DNA of 64,000 nt. Origin: Aulosira sp. ZfuVER01. GTDB lineage: Bacteria; Cyanobacteriota; Cyanobacteriia; Cyanobacteriales; Nostocaceae. The position numbers were made by a program, and so were the translations under genes. Below the pieces are notes generated by a model that saw only the letters and a program-made list of their open reading frames with translations, was not told where the DNA came from and did not search any database. The stretch covers positions 144,450 to 208,449 of the forward strand of contig JAVRCV020000031.1 of assembly GCA_034530615.2 (NCBI GenBank), read 5' to 3'. Below, one piece after another: positions 10,585-20,500 of this stretch. Position 1 is the stretch's first letter, and every line of letters starts with the position of its first letter.

Positions 10585-11368
10585 TTTTGAATTCCGCACA
10601 GCGGTACTAGTTTCAGCATAACCATTAAAATTTTAGTTGTCGGGGTAATACAGGCAATATTTGTCTGATTCTATTGACGCAACATCAAAAAAATTATTGC
10701 TGCTTTACATTTAATTGACCTGTTTGGCAGGATATATGAGAAATGGTTAGCCAGAGATGGACTAGTCAAAATTACCTCCATAGTCAAAATAAATCTATTA
10801 AATCCACCTTAGGGTAGCAGCACATCTTGATGTCAACAACAGTCAAGACTTCCCTGGAGGATACCTCAAACGTTTATAAGTTGGGAAGTTTTTGTTTATA
10901 TAGAAGTGTTAAACCGATAGTTAACATCTTATAGTGGCAATAATGCAATAGACAGATGTAGAAAAACTAATTCTTCCCAAAGACAGACGTAAAGAATACT
11001 CTGTCTGGTGTTTGTCTGTTGGCTATCAAGAGGGAGCTAAATTTCCATGACTTTTGTCTCCTCTCAATCAAGCTAATCTTTGATTTAACTCTCTTGTCAA
11101 AACGGGCGGTCTAAATTAGAGTAATTTCTAGAAAAGCACTGCTAGAATACTCATTACCGTAATCAAGCCCAAGAAAAATCATCACTGCTTTTTACTTCCC
11201 AGAGCTAGGAAATTTAAATAAAAATTTACTAGCAAATTTAATTCTAAATAAAACAACAATTTTGCTATTATTAGTCCATGCTAGTATTTAATATAAAATT
11301 ACGAAGTAACAAAACCAGTATCCATAGCTGTACAAGCGCGGCTACTACTGCTTTGTTTATTTCGTAAT

Positions 11369-11396
11369 GTAGAGACAAGAAAATTCACGTCTCTAC
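11369..11396. repeat. GTAG-type REP-like palindrome GTAGAGAC...GTCTCTAC
   Basis: Perfect 8-bp inverted repeat with a GTAG end. Confidence 0.65.
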
Positions 11397-11873
11397 TAGT
11401 AAGGCAAAAGGGTGTATGCCTGTATGACCATTTTCAAATCTCATGCTGTCGGTAGCTTAAGAGTAATAGTAGGGTAAACCCTATAACTCAACGGCAACAA
11501 AGGCAAGCACTGAAAGTGGAAAACCTGCAATTTTTTTGGTCTAGGACTTATTTGCAGTAGAACCCACATAATTTGTAAAGGTGGCTTAAAGTTACACCGC
11601 TACAGTAGCGCCAAAAGAAAAATTAATTTCATTTTCGTTGGCGAATCATGGTTAAAAGTGACGCAAAATCACCGAATTTAATACCTGTGATAACCATGAC
11701 CTCTAATTTTTTGTGGGCAACCATAATAGAGGCGCTTGGGTTTACCCATAGCAGCAGGAATTTACCCACAGCTTAGTGACCAGAGTAGCTCTGTGCAGAT
11801 GCTAAAAAGCTAAATGCTGGCACAAGACGAGATCGTTTATTTGTTTGGAGAAAGTAAGGAAACTTTGAGCATA

Positions 11874-12314
11874 ATGACTGAAACTGCAACCGCACCATTA
11901 ACCGGAAAAGCATTGCTTGCTAAAGTAAAAGAGCTTTCCAATTTACCACGTCGAGAACGAGCAAAGCAGTGCGGCTATTACACGGTCACTAAGAATAATC
12001 AAGTTCGTGTTAATCTCACTGATTTTTATGACGCTTTGCTATCGGCTAGAGGAATTCCTCTCAGTCCAGAAGCACCAAAAGATGGCCGGGGTCGTGAACC
12101 GACATATCGGGTTAGCGTCCATCAAAATGGTCAAATTGTGATTGGTGCTACATACACTAAAGCAATGGGCTTAAAGCCAGGTGATGAATTTGAAATTAGG
12201 CTGGGATATAAGCATATTCACTTGATTCAACTTGGTGAAAGTGACAAAAAATTAATCGCGTCAGATTTAGACGTTGACGAAGTGGATGAAGAAGATTTAG
12301 AAGATGAAGAGTAA
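11874..12314 (+). CDS. calA: Cyanobacterial AbrB-like regulator CalA (cyAbrB1)
   Basis: LTGKALLAKVKEL...AKQCGYY and YRVSVHQNGQIVIGATYTKAMGLKPGDEFEI. The sdhB / calA / CAAX-protease arrangement matches the one I recall for Nostoc PCC 7120 alr0946. Confidence 0.88.
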   Translation: MTETATAPLTGKALLAKVKELSNLPRRERAKQCGYYTVTKNNQVRVNLTDFYDALLSARGIPLSPEAPKDGRGREPTYRVSVHQNGQIVIGATYTKAMGLKPGDEFEIRLGYKHIHLIQLGESDKKLIASDLDVDEVDEEDLEDEE

Positions 12315-12441
12315 GTTGTTTTAATAATAGAGATAAGTTGAAGGCTGATGCTTGATAACTTATCTCTACCAAAACAACAAGGTGCAACATCCGAAAAATA
12401 CGATTAGACCTCTTGCCTAAGTCACTAGTTTTAGTAGAGTC

Positions 12442-13356
12442 TTGATTAAGAAGCAAGAAATCTATTGTTGCAAGAAGCTAATCGTGTTTTTTTTGCCTAT
12501 TTTGATAACATTCTTAGAGCCATCAGCCAACACCCTACTGGCATTTCTCAAAAATGCACCAGTAATAGTTGTCGTGATGGCTTTTTTTATTGCCTGGGTA
12601 GGGTGCTGGTTGCCACTAGCAGCAGTAATAGCGATCGCACTCAAATGGCACCCAGGTAAAAGTTTGCAGCCAGAGCAAAAATTACCCTTATTAATACCCC
12701 TTTATTTATTAGCGCCCTTGATTTTATGGGGCATTAGTTCGCTAGGGCTGAGATCTTTCTCTGATTATGGCTTTGTTAGTAATCTTTCAATTTTGGGTTC
12801 TTTACTCCTAGGTTTTGGCTTGGGAGTAATTAGCTTGGCTATAGTGTTTGCCTTTCAATTCTGGCTGGGTTGGTGCAAATGGCAACAATCAAGCAACAAG
12901 CTAGTACTAGCTAACTTGCTACCAATTCCATTGATAGCTTTATTAGTAGGCGCTATAGAAGAATTAATTTTTCGGGGTTTCTTATTTACTGAATTAAATC
13001 GAGAATACTCAGTTTGGTTAGCAGCCGTAATTTCTAGTGTGATTTTTGCCCTTTTACACTTAGTTTGGGAACAACGGGAAACCATCCCTCAACTCCCTGG
13101 ACTATGGCTGATGGGAATAGTACTTGTATTTGCCAGGTTTGCCGATCGCGGTAATTTAGGTCTAGCTTGGGGACTACACGCTGGATGGGTATGGGCGATC
13201 GCTACTTTAGACACAGCAGAACTAATTACTTACACAGGTAAAGTATCTGAGTGGTTTACAGGTAAGAACAAAAAACCCCTAGCTGGTTTAGCTGGAATTA
13301 TCTGTGTCCTATTAGCTGGGGCGATTCTCTGGTTATTTCTCGAATTTGTGAATTAG
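12442..13356 (+). CDS. CPBP/Abi (CAAX-type) intramembrane metalloprotease
   Basis: EELIFRG, FALLH and HAGWV motifs; multiple TM segments; start uncertain. Confidence 0.9.
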   Translation: MIKKQEIYCCKKLIVFFLPILITFLEPSANTLLAFLKNAPVIVVVMAFFIAWVGCWLPLAAVIAIALKWHPGKSLQPEQKLPLLIPLYLLAPLILWGISSLGLRSFSDYGFVSNLSILGSLLLGFGLGVISLAIVFAFQFWLGWCKWQQSSNKLVLANLLPIPLIALLVGAIEELIFRGFLFTELNREYSVWLAAVISSVIFALLHLVWEQRETIPQLPGLWLMGIVLVFARFADRGNLGLAWGLHAGWVWAIATLDTAELITYTGKVSEWFTGKNKKPLAGLAGIICVLLAGAILWLFLEFVN

Positions 13357-13474
13357 TAATTACTGTGTGATTGATGATACAGCTAAGAAAATAGCCAGAG
13401 CCGATTGACAGTTGTGGAATTGCCAATCATAAAGGTAATTCAAGCTCTTGCTCAGTTATCTCAATCTCTATAAT

Positions 13475-14209
13475 TTAGATTTTTCTAAAAATGCCAACCC
13501 AGCCATCTTTTTTACCTAACCAACCGCATGATATTAGGCATAACAATGTGCTGATAAATTCTCCAATCTGATGAAGTCTTGTAGCCCAACTCCTGATGTA
13601 TATTTCCTTCTTTAAAGTAGATTGATAGTGTCTTCTGCGAAACTTAAGGTCTGTTAACCTAAGCTTATTTCGAGAATAATATTGAACTTGAGTAGCAATT
13701 TCACCAAATACCTTGATTATGGAAAGAGGTGAGTATGGTTTTATGTGGTCAAAATCATCATAAAAATAGTCAGTTAACAAAGGAGTAGCAATGATTAAAT
13801 ATCCACCCATCTTGAGTTTGTCAAGGTAATTATCCATAAAATCTTTTAATTCAGATGGATGGAAGTGTTCAATAATATGAGACATTAAAATAATATCAAA
13901 CTGCTCTGTATTATGATTTTTAAGAAATTCTTCTACAGTTACACAATTTAATCCTTGCTTTTGATTAGTAGCAATAATTTGAGGATTAATGTCTACTCCT
14001 AATACTTTATAGCCTGCTGAAATCAATGCATTCATCTTATTTCCATAGCCACAACCAACGTCCAAAATGCGATATGCTGTCTTATTATTTTTAGTATATT
14101 TATTTAATAAATCAAGAATAATGGGATTATCATAATCATAAGTCACCACTGAATAATAAAGTTTTTTGGTTCGTTCATACAGTAGATTAAACATGACAGA
14201 TTGAGTCAT
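13475..14209 (-). CDS. Class I SAM-dependent methyltransferase
   Basis: ILDVGCGYG motif I, FDIILMSHIIEH and LKMGGYLIIATP; very AT-rich. Confidence 0.88.
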   Translation of the reverse strand: MTQSVMFNLLYERTKKLYYSVVTYDYDNPIILDLLNKYTKNNKTAYRILDVGCGYGNKMNALISAGYKVLGVDINPQIIATNQKQGLNCVTVEEFLKNHNTEQFDIILMSHIIEHFHPSELKDFMDNYLDKLKMGGYLIIATPLLTDYFYDDFDHIKPYSPLSIIKVFGEIATQVQYYSRNKLRLTDLKFRRRHYQSTLKKEIYIRSWATRLHQIGEFISTLLCLISCGWLGKKDGWVGIFRKI

Positions 14210-14504
14210 GGTTCCGTTCTCCAGTAAATTACAAAATAGAAATTATCAGTTAAAAAGTAAAAGATCTATTTTTAGCTAAAAAATCACTAATATTTTTGCT
14301 AAATACACAAGAAAAACTATTAATCGCTAACAGCGGTTGCTATAAGAATTGCAGAGCTTGGTTTAAGTTGTGTGATGAATGTGACGGTAATAAGTAGGGA
14401 AATCCGAATCTACTATGTGCAGATATCCCTGACTACTCATGAATGACTACTTGGACAACAGCCGCTAAGATCCTCAATGAGAGATTTTTATTTAATTACA
14501 AATC

Positions 14505-16493
14505 ATGCTAGAACAAGGAACCATCAGTATTCATACTGAAAATATATTCCCGATTATCAAGAAGTCCCTCTACTCCGACCACCAAATATTCTTGCGGGAA
14601 CTGGTATCCAACGCTGTAGACGCCATCCAAAAGCTAAAAATGGTATCCCGTGCGGGGGATTATGCTGGAGATATCGGCGAACCAGAAATCGAAATTTCTA
14701 TAGATAAAAATAAAAAGACCCTCTCCATCTCCGACAATGGTATCGGAATGACAGCAGAGGAAGTGAAAAAATACATCAATCAGGTTGCTTTTTCTAGCGC
14801 CGAAGAATTTATTCACAAATATCAAGGCAAATCAGATCAACCAATTATCGGCCACTTCGGTCTTGGCTTCTATTCCTCCTTCATGGTGGCGCAAAAAGTC
14901 GAAATTGATACTCTCTCTTATCAAGAAGGAGCGCAGGCAGTACACTGGTCTTGTGATGGTTCTCCAGAGTTTACGTTAGATGAATCATCCCGTACAACTC
15001 GCGGTACTACGATTACCCTGACCCTGCAAGCTGAAGAAGAGGAATATTTAGAATCAGCACGGATTAAGTCTCTTGTCAATACATATTGTGACTTCATGCC
15101 AGTACCGATCAAACTGGAAGGTGAAGTATTAAATAGGCAAAAAGCACCTTGGCGAGAGTCTCCTAGTAACCTGAGCAAAGAAGATTATCTAGAGTTCTAT
15201 CGCTATCTCTATCCTTTTCAGGAAGAACCACTACTTTGGGTGCATCTAAATACAGACTATCCCTTTATTATCAATGGGATTTTGTATTTTCCCAAAATGA
15301 AACCCGATGTTGATGTGACTAAGGGGCAGATTAAGCTATTTTGCAATCAAGTTTTTGTCAGCGACAACTGCGAAGAAATTATCCCGCAATTTCTTATGCC
15401 AATGCGGGGTGTAATTGATAGCACCGATATTCCCCTCAATGTTTCGCGGAGTGCATTGCAAGGCGATCGCACTGTCCGTAAAATCGGTGACTACATTGCG
15501 AAGAAAGTAGGCGATCGCCTCAAAGAACTTTACCGCGACAACCGCGAACAATACATTAGCGCTTGGAAAGACCTCGGCACTTTTGTCAAATTTGGTGTTC
15601 TCAACGACGAGAAATTTAAAAAGCAAGTCGAAGACATTATCATCTTCCGCACCACCGCCAAAGTTGCCGAAAAAGCTGCGGCTGATACTCCAGCAGTAGA
15701 AGTACAGTCTTCAGAAGGAGATGTTTGGCAAGATGTCACCCCAACTTCACCTAGTGCAGAAGATTCAGTAACCAGTATTCCTTATACTACGCTTAAAGAA
15801 TACTTAGAACGCAACAAAGAGCGTCACGAAAACAAGGTTTTCTACTGTACTGATGAAGCCTCACAAGCTACATACGTAGAATTACATAAAAATCAAGGAT
15901 TAGAAGTCCTATTTATGGACTCCTTCATCGATACCCACTTCATCAACTTCCTAGAACGAGAATATAAAGATGTCAAATTTACACGGGTAGACTCCGACTT
16001 GGATAATACCCTGTTAGATCAAGATAAAGCTGGGGAAATCGTAGATCCGACGACCAACAAAACTAAGAGTGAGGTCATCAAAGAGTTATTTGAGAAAGCC
16101 CTCAACAAGCCTAGACTAAATATCCGCACTGAAGCTTTGAAATCGGATAATCCCCAAGGGACACCACCAGCAATGGTACTACTACCAGAGATTCTCCGTC
16201 GTCTGCGGGAAATGAACGCCATGATGCAGCAGCAAACCACCGAGTTTCCTGAAGATCATATTTTGCTAGTAAATACTGCTCACCCTCTAATTCAAAATCT
16301 TGCGAATCTCAGCCAAGGTAGTATTATCCAAGGTGATGGTATGTCTCCCACAGCGCAATTAGTGAACATGATTTGCCAACACGTCTACGATTTAGCGCTG
16401 ATGTCCCAGAAAGGATTTGACGGTGAAGGAATGAAATCCTTTGTTGAGCGTTCCAATGAAGTGTTAACCAAACTCACCCAACAAGTTAGCTAA
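14505..16493 (+). CDS. htpG: Chaperone HtpG (Hsp90)
   Basis: FLRELVSNAVDA, DNGIGM and IGHFGLGFYS motifs. Confidence 0.98.
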   Translation: MLEQGTISIHTENIFPIIKKSLYSDHQIFLRELVSNAVDAIQKLKMVSRAGDYAGDIGEPEIEISIDKNKKTLSISDNGIGMTAEEVKKYINQVAFSSAEEFIHKYQGKSDQPIIGHFGLGFYSSFMVAQKVEIDTLSYQEGAQAVHWSCDGSPEFTLDESSRTTRGTTITLTLQAEEEEYLESARIKSLVNTYCDFMPVPIKLEGEVLNRQKAPWRESPSNLSKEDYLEFYRYLYPFQEEPLLWVHLNTDYPFIINGILYFPKMKPDVDVTKGQIKLFCNQVFVSDNCEEIIPQFLMPMRGVIDSTDIPLNVSRSALQGDRTVRKIGDYIAKKVGDRLKELYRDNREQYISAWKDLGTFVKFGVLNDEKFKKQVEDIIIFRTTAKVAEKAAADTPAVEVQSSEGDVWQDVTPTSPSAEDSVTSIPYTTLKEYLERNKERHENKVFYCTDEASQATYVELHKNQGLEVLFMDSFIDTHFINFLEREYKDVKFTRVDSDLDNTLLDQDKAGEIVDPTTNKTKSEVIKELFEKALNKPRLNIRTEALKSDNPQGTPPAMVLLPEILRRLREMNAMMQQQTTEFPEDHILLVNTAHPLIQNLANLSQGSIIQGDGMSPTAQLVNMICQHVYDLALMSQKGFDGEGMKSFVERSNEVLTKLTQQVS

Positions 16494-16604
16494 TTCATGC
16501 CTTACAAGGATGGAGATCATCTCAAACCTCCCGATCTAAATCTTCACGCTAAAGCTCCTACAATAGAAAGGTTGTATTGAAATAGCAATCTGGAGAAACT
16601 GGCT

Positions 16605-16841
16605 ATGTCTCGTCGCTGTGAATTAACTGGTAAGAAGGCAAATAATGCTTTCGCAATTTCCCACTCCCATCGCCGTACTAAACGCCTTCAGCAAGCCAAT
16701 TTGCAAAGCAAGCGCGTTTGGTGGCCAAGTGGAAATCGCTGGGTAAAACTCAAGCTGTCTACCAAAGCAATCAAAACCTTGGAAACCAAAGGTATTGAAG
16801 CAATGGCCAAAGAAGCTGGAATTAACCTCAATCATTACTAA
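16605..16841 (+). CDS. rpmB: 50S ribosomal protein L28
   Basis: [14 protein letters not shown]...[16 protein letters not shown]. Confidence 0.97.
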   Translation: MSRRCELTGKKANNAFAISHSHRRTKRLQQANLQSKRVWWPSGNRWVKLKLSTKAIKTLETKGIEAMAKEAGINLNHY

Positions 16842-16933
16842 ACTGATGTGTATATCGTATTAACTTGAGTTCGATGTATTGAACGGAACCCCTCTCCCTA
16901 CAACAGAGCTACTGTGTACACATAAGCCCTATC

Positions 16934-16987
16934 GCTCTCAGGCTAGAAGCCTGGGGCTATAGGAACAAAATCCGTCTCCGCAGACTA
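16934..16987. repeat. REP/MITE-like hairpin element (CTCAGGCT-AGA-AGCCTGGGGCTAT...)
   Basis: Visible hairpin resembling a recurrent Nostocales intergenic repeat; family assignment is from memory. Confidence 0.5.
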
Positions 16988-17070
16988 AATGCAAAAACCT
17001 TGTCAAACAAGGCATTGACTCGCAACTTGAATTATTAAGTTTGTTCGGAGCTTGAAAATACTTACTCTGC

Positions 17071-17095
17071 AACCTCCCCATTTTGGGGAGGTTTT
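17071..17095 (+). terminator. Rho-independent terminator-like hairpin downstream of rpmB
   Basis: AACCTCCCCA-TTT-TGGGGAGGTT followed by TT. Confidence 0.65.
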
Positions 17096-17517
17096 ACATT
17101 ACTTAATATTATTTGATGAATTCCTGATATGTTTCCTTTAACAAGTGGGTAATATAAGCTTACTCTGCTGACAACAACTTCATAAAGTTGCCTTCAGATG
17201 AAGTAGGTTTCTACAAAGTTAACGTAAAGATAAGCAGGAATTTTTCCTAACCAGCTATGAATTAAATAATTTTGCAAAGTTCAGTATTTTCCTGATAAAA
17301 ACGGAAAGCTGACCCATGATATAAATCGGACAAATCATAGTCTTTTATTTTTAAGCTGAAAGACATCAAATCTACATTCTCTAAAAACTAAATTGTTTAT
17401 AACTTGAGCATTTTGTTCACCATAAATATGCAACCGCAATGCATATCATTTTACCGTGCTTTAGAGGCTTCAAAATTTGACTATCTAGCTAAATAAAAAA
17501 GTTAATTTTCTCTCTCT

Positions 17518-17526
17518 GGGTATACT
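17518..17526 (+). promoter_or_regulatory. SigJ-type extended -10 (J-box) GGGTATACT upstream of hpsA
   Basis: One mismatch to the GGGAATACT J-box described for hormogonium genes in Nostoc punctiforme; about 70 nt upstream of the hpsA ATG. Confidence 0.6.
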
Positions 17527-17596
17527 TAACAGCTTTATTGCCCATAGAACATCAATTTTCATCAAAGTAACAAATTACTTGACAGGAAAGCAAAAT

Positions 17597-20500
17597 ATGA
17601 TTACAAAACGCCATCTAGTCAAGGCTCAAAAATTCCTTCTAAAAATTTGCAAGCAGTCTATTTCTGCAATTAAAAAGCAAATAATTTGGCTTCTCAGGAC
17701 TCTTTTTCAGACGAGGAAAAGACGCGGCTCGGTGAATGCTGGTTTCGTCTTGCCAACAGTGGCAATGGTGGCACTGGTTGTTGTACTCCTAACAACTGCG
17801 ATTTTATTTAGATCTTTTGAACGTTCAAAAAATGCTAGCAATGTTCGAGTAAATGAGGCGGTTCTTAATGCCGCAGCCCCAGCTATCGATCGTGCTAAAT
17901 CTAAATTAAATAAGCTATTGTCAGATGCTACACTTCCGCGAGCTACACCCACAGATACAGCTTTAGAAAGTATATTTAACGATACTACTAAGCGAAATGA
18001 ATATACCTTGGGGGATGAAACTCAAGTCAAATTAACTAGTGGCACTGATAACCTGCGCTCGGCATGGATGTACCCTGTAGATACGGATAATAACGGGCTA
18101 TTTGATAGCTACACTCTGTATGGAATTTACTTCAAAAATCCTCCTGTCAGTGGTGGGGTATATACTCGTGCCAGAAATCCTATAGAAGCCAGAACTCCAC
18201 CTATGGTAAATGGGGGAGCAGGTGACGCTTGTAAAGATACCAATGGTACCAGCGCAACTTTGGTGGGTAACTCTGGCTGGTTTAAAGTCGGCAGTAAGTT
18301 GAAAAAAGCTTTCTTTGTTTATACTGCCAATGTTCCCGTTACAAAAACTGGTACTCTCCCCGCAGGATATGAGCGCTATAAAGGCAATAAAGGCTTCTCG
18401 GCAATAGAATATCAGCAAGAGCGCGTACAACTACCGCTAGTTAACAATGCGGTTGTCTATGAAGATGATTTAGAAATGACCCCTGGTCCAAAACTAAACC
18501 TGAATGGACGGATTGTTACCAATAGTAACTTGCTTACAGGTAGCGGATTTCAACAAGTCACGCTTTATCAGGTCAGTAGCCCATATTCTTGTTTTTATGA
18601 AGCTGACAATGCAAAAGTTATTGTTGCTGGTAATGTAGGTGCAGGTACTTTCACCAGTGACGGTGGTGATTTAACCAACGGTACTTTGGTGCATTTATTC
18701 CAAGGTAAGGGAACTAGCCCCAATACTGCTACAGGTAATAATCTCAAAGATAATAAATCTGTTAAGGACAACTCTACCACTTGGTCGGCTCAAATTGCTT
18801 ACAACAGTTTAGCTTACGTAAAGCGTATCAATCGCTTGGTTGATGTTCAGATAGCTAACGCTGCAAGTACTGACCCACAAGAGGTACAAAATGGCCCGGC
18901 TACAAAAACCCGTCGGGAACTGTTAGAACTTTATTTTAAAAAACGTACTCGCCGTGTTCCTTATGCAGAAGTCGCTTTTGACTCGGCTAACCCGTTAAAA
19001 GTAGGAAGTGGTACAGATTACGCAACAAATAGTCCACTGCAAGGTAGTGGTGATTCACTGCGTCCAGTAGACTCATGGGTTTTTCCCTTTGATCCTAGCG
19101 ATGGGACAACCAAGACTGGTTATGCCAATTTAGACCTTAATAAAGCTAGTGGTGTGACCAATAGGATATTACCTCCGGCAACAGAGCCAACAAAGCTAGA
19201 AAAAGTTAAGCAAGGTAATGAAACCTTTGTAGGCGATCGCGTTGCAGTTGGTAATAATCTACCTGAATTATGGTGGGACAGCACAAAAAGTAAGTTTGTT
19301 GGGCCAAACACTGACGACACTCAACAAATTACTACTAATTACTGGGATAATCCTGATAACGCCAATACTACCGATACTAGCGCTAATAACGTGCGTACTC
19401 GCCGCAGCCGGATTCAGCAATTGGCTGATTTAGGTGATATAGGACGAGATGGAGAATGGGAACTAGCCGCAGCAAAAATACCAGCTACCGCACAAGATCC
19501 AGTTGGTGGTTTGCGCGTTGTCACTGGTGCAGGGATTTATTTGCCAGCTGCTGCTACGGCTGCTACTACTACCTTCACTTCATACAGCACACAAATCTGG
19601 CCCGATCTAATGCCAGCTAAGTATGGCACAGTTCCTACAGCCATTAAACCTTTTGAATTTTACGGTCTGAATATTCAGTATGAAGTGCCCCAACCTGCTG
19701 CGAACACCCCATACTTGCAGATGCGGGCGACAGCAGTTTATCACTACAAAGGTACTAGCTATAACGAAACAAGCCCTACACCAATTGCTTGCGTAAGTAG
19801 TTACTATGACCCAACAAACAGCACAACTGCTAAGAATAAATCAACATTACCTTGGAATAATGTTACAGGAGGTAATTCCAACAACGGTATAGTTTATGGC
19901 CCTCCCACTTCAACCGTCAGTACTTATCAGAACTTACTGAACTACCAAGCACAATTAACATATCCCAATGGACGCTTAGTGAATGAGCCACTCAAAAAGG
20001 CTTTAGATAAACTAACTGCGAGTGTTAGTCTTACACTCTCCGATAAGTCTGCTATTGACTCTGCACTTTGCGCCTTAGAAATTATGGACACTGCGACAGT
20101 TAAGACACCCAGTGATTCTGCTATTCCTCACGGTGCAATTAGGGAAACCACCTTTTTAGATCCAAGGCAAATTCAGGCAATAGATGCAACTACAGGAAGC
20201 AAAAATTATGACCTGAATAAAAAAGACAGACAGCCTTTAGAAATTCGTGCGACTGCATTAGATGTTGATGCGCTGCGGAAGAAAACAATTGGCTCAGGAA
20301 CTCCACAGGAATACTTACTACCCAATAGCGGTATTATTTACGCTACTCGTGATGATGCACTGCCAGACCAAAGTGCAGGTACTTCAGCAGCAGCAAAATT
20401 AGAAAACCCAGTTGATTTTAAACTCGATCCAACTCGTCGCCCCAACGGCATTATGCTAGTTAACGGTTCAAAACTGTTCCGTGGTACGACAAATACTTAT

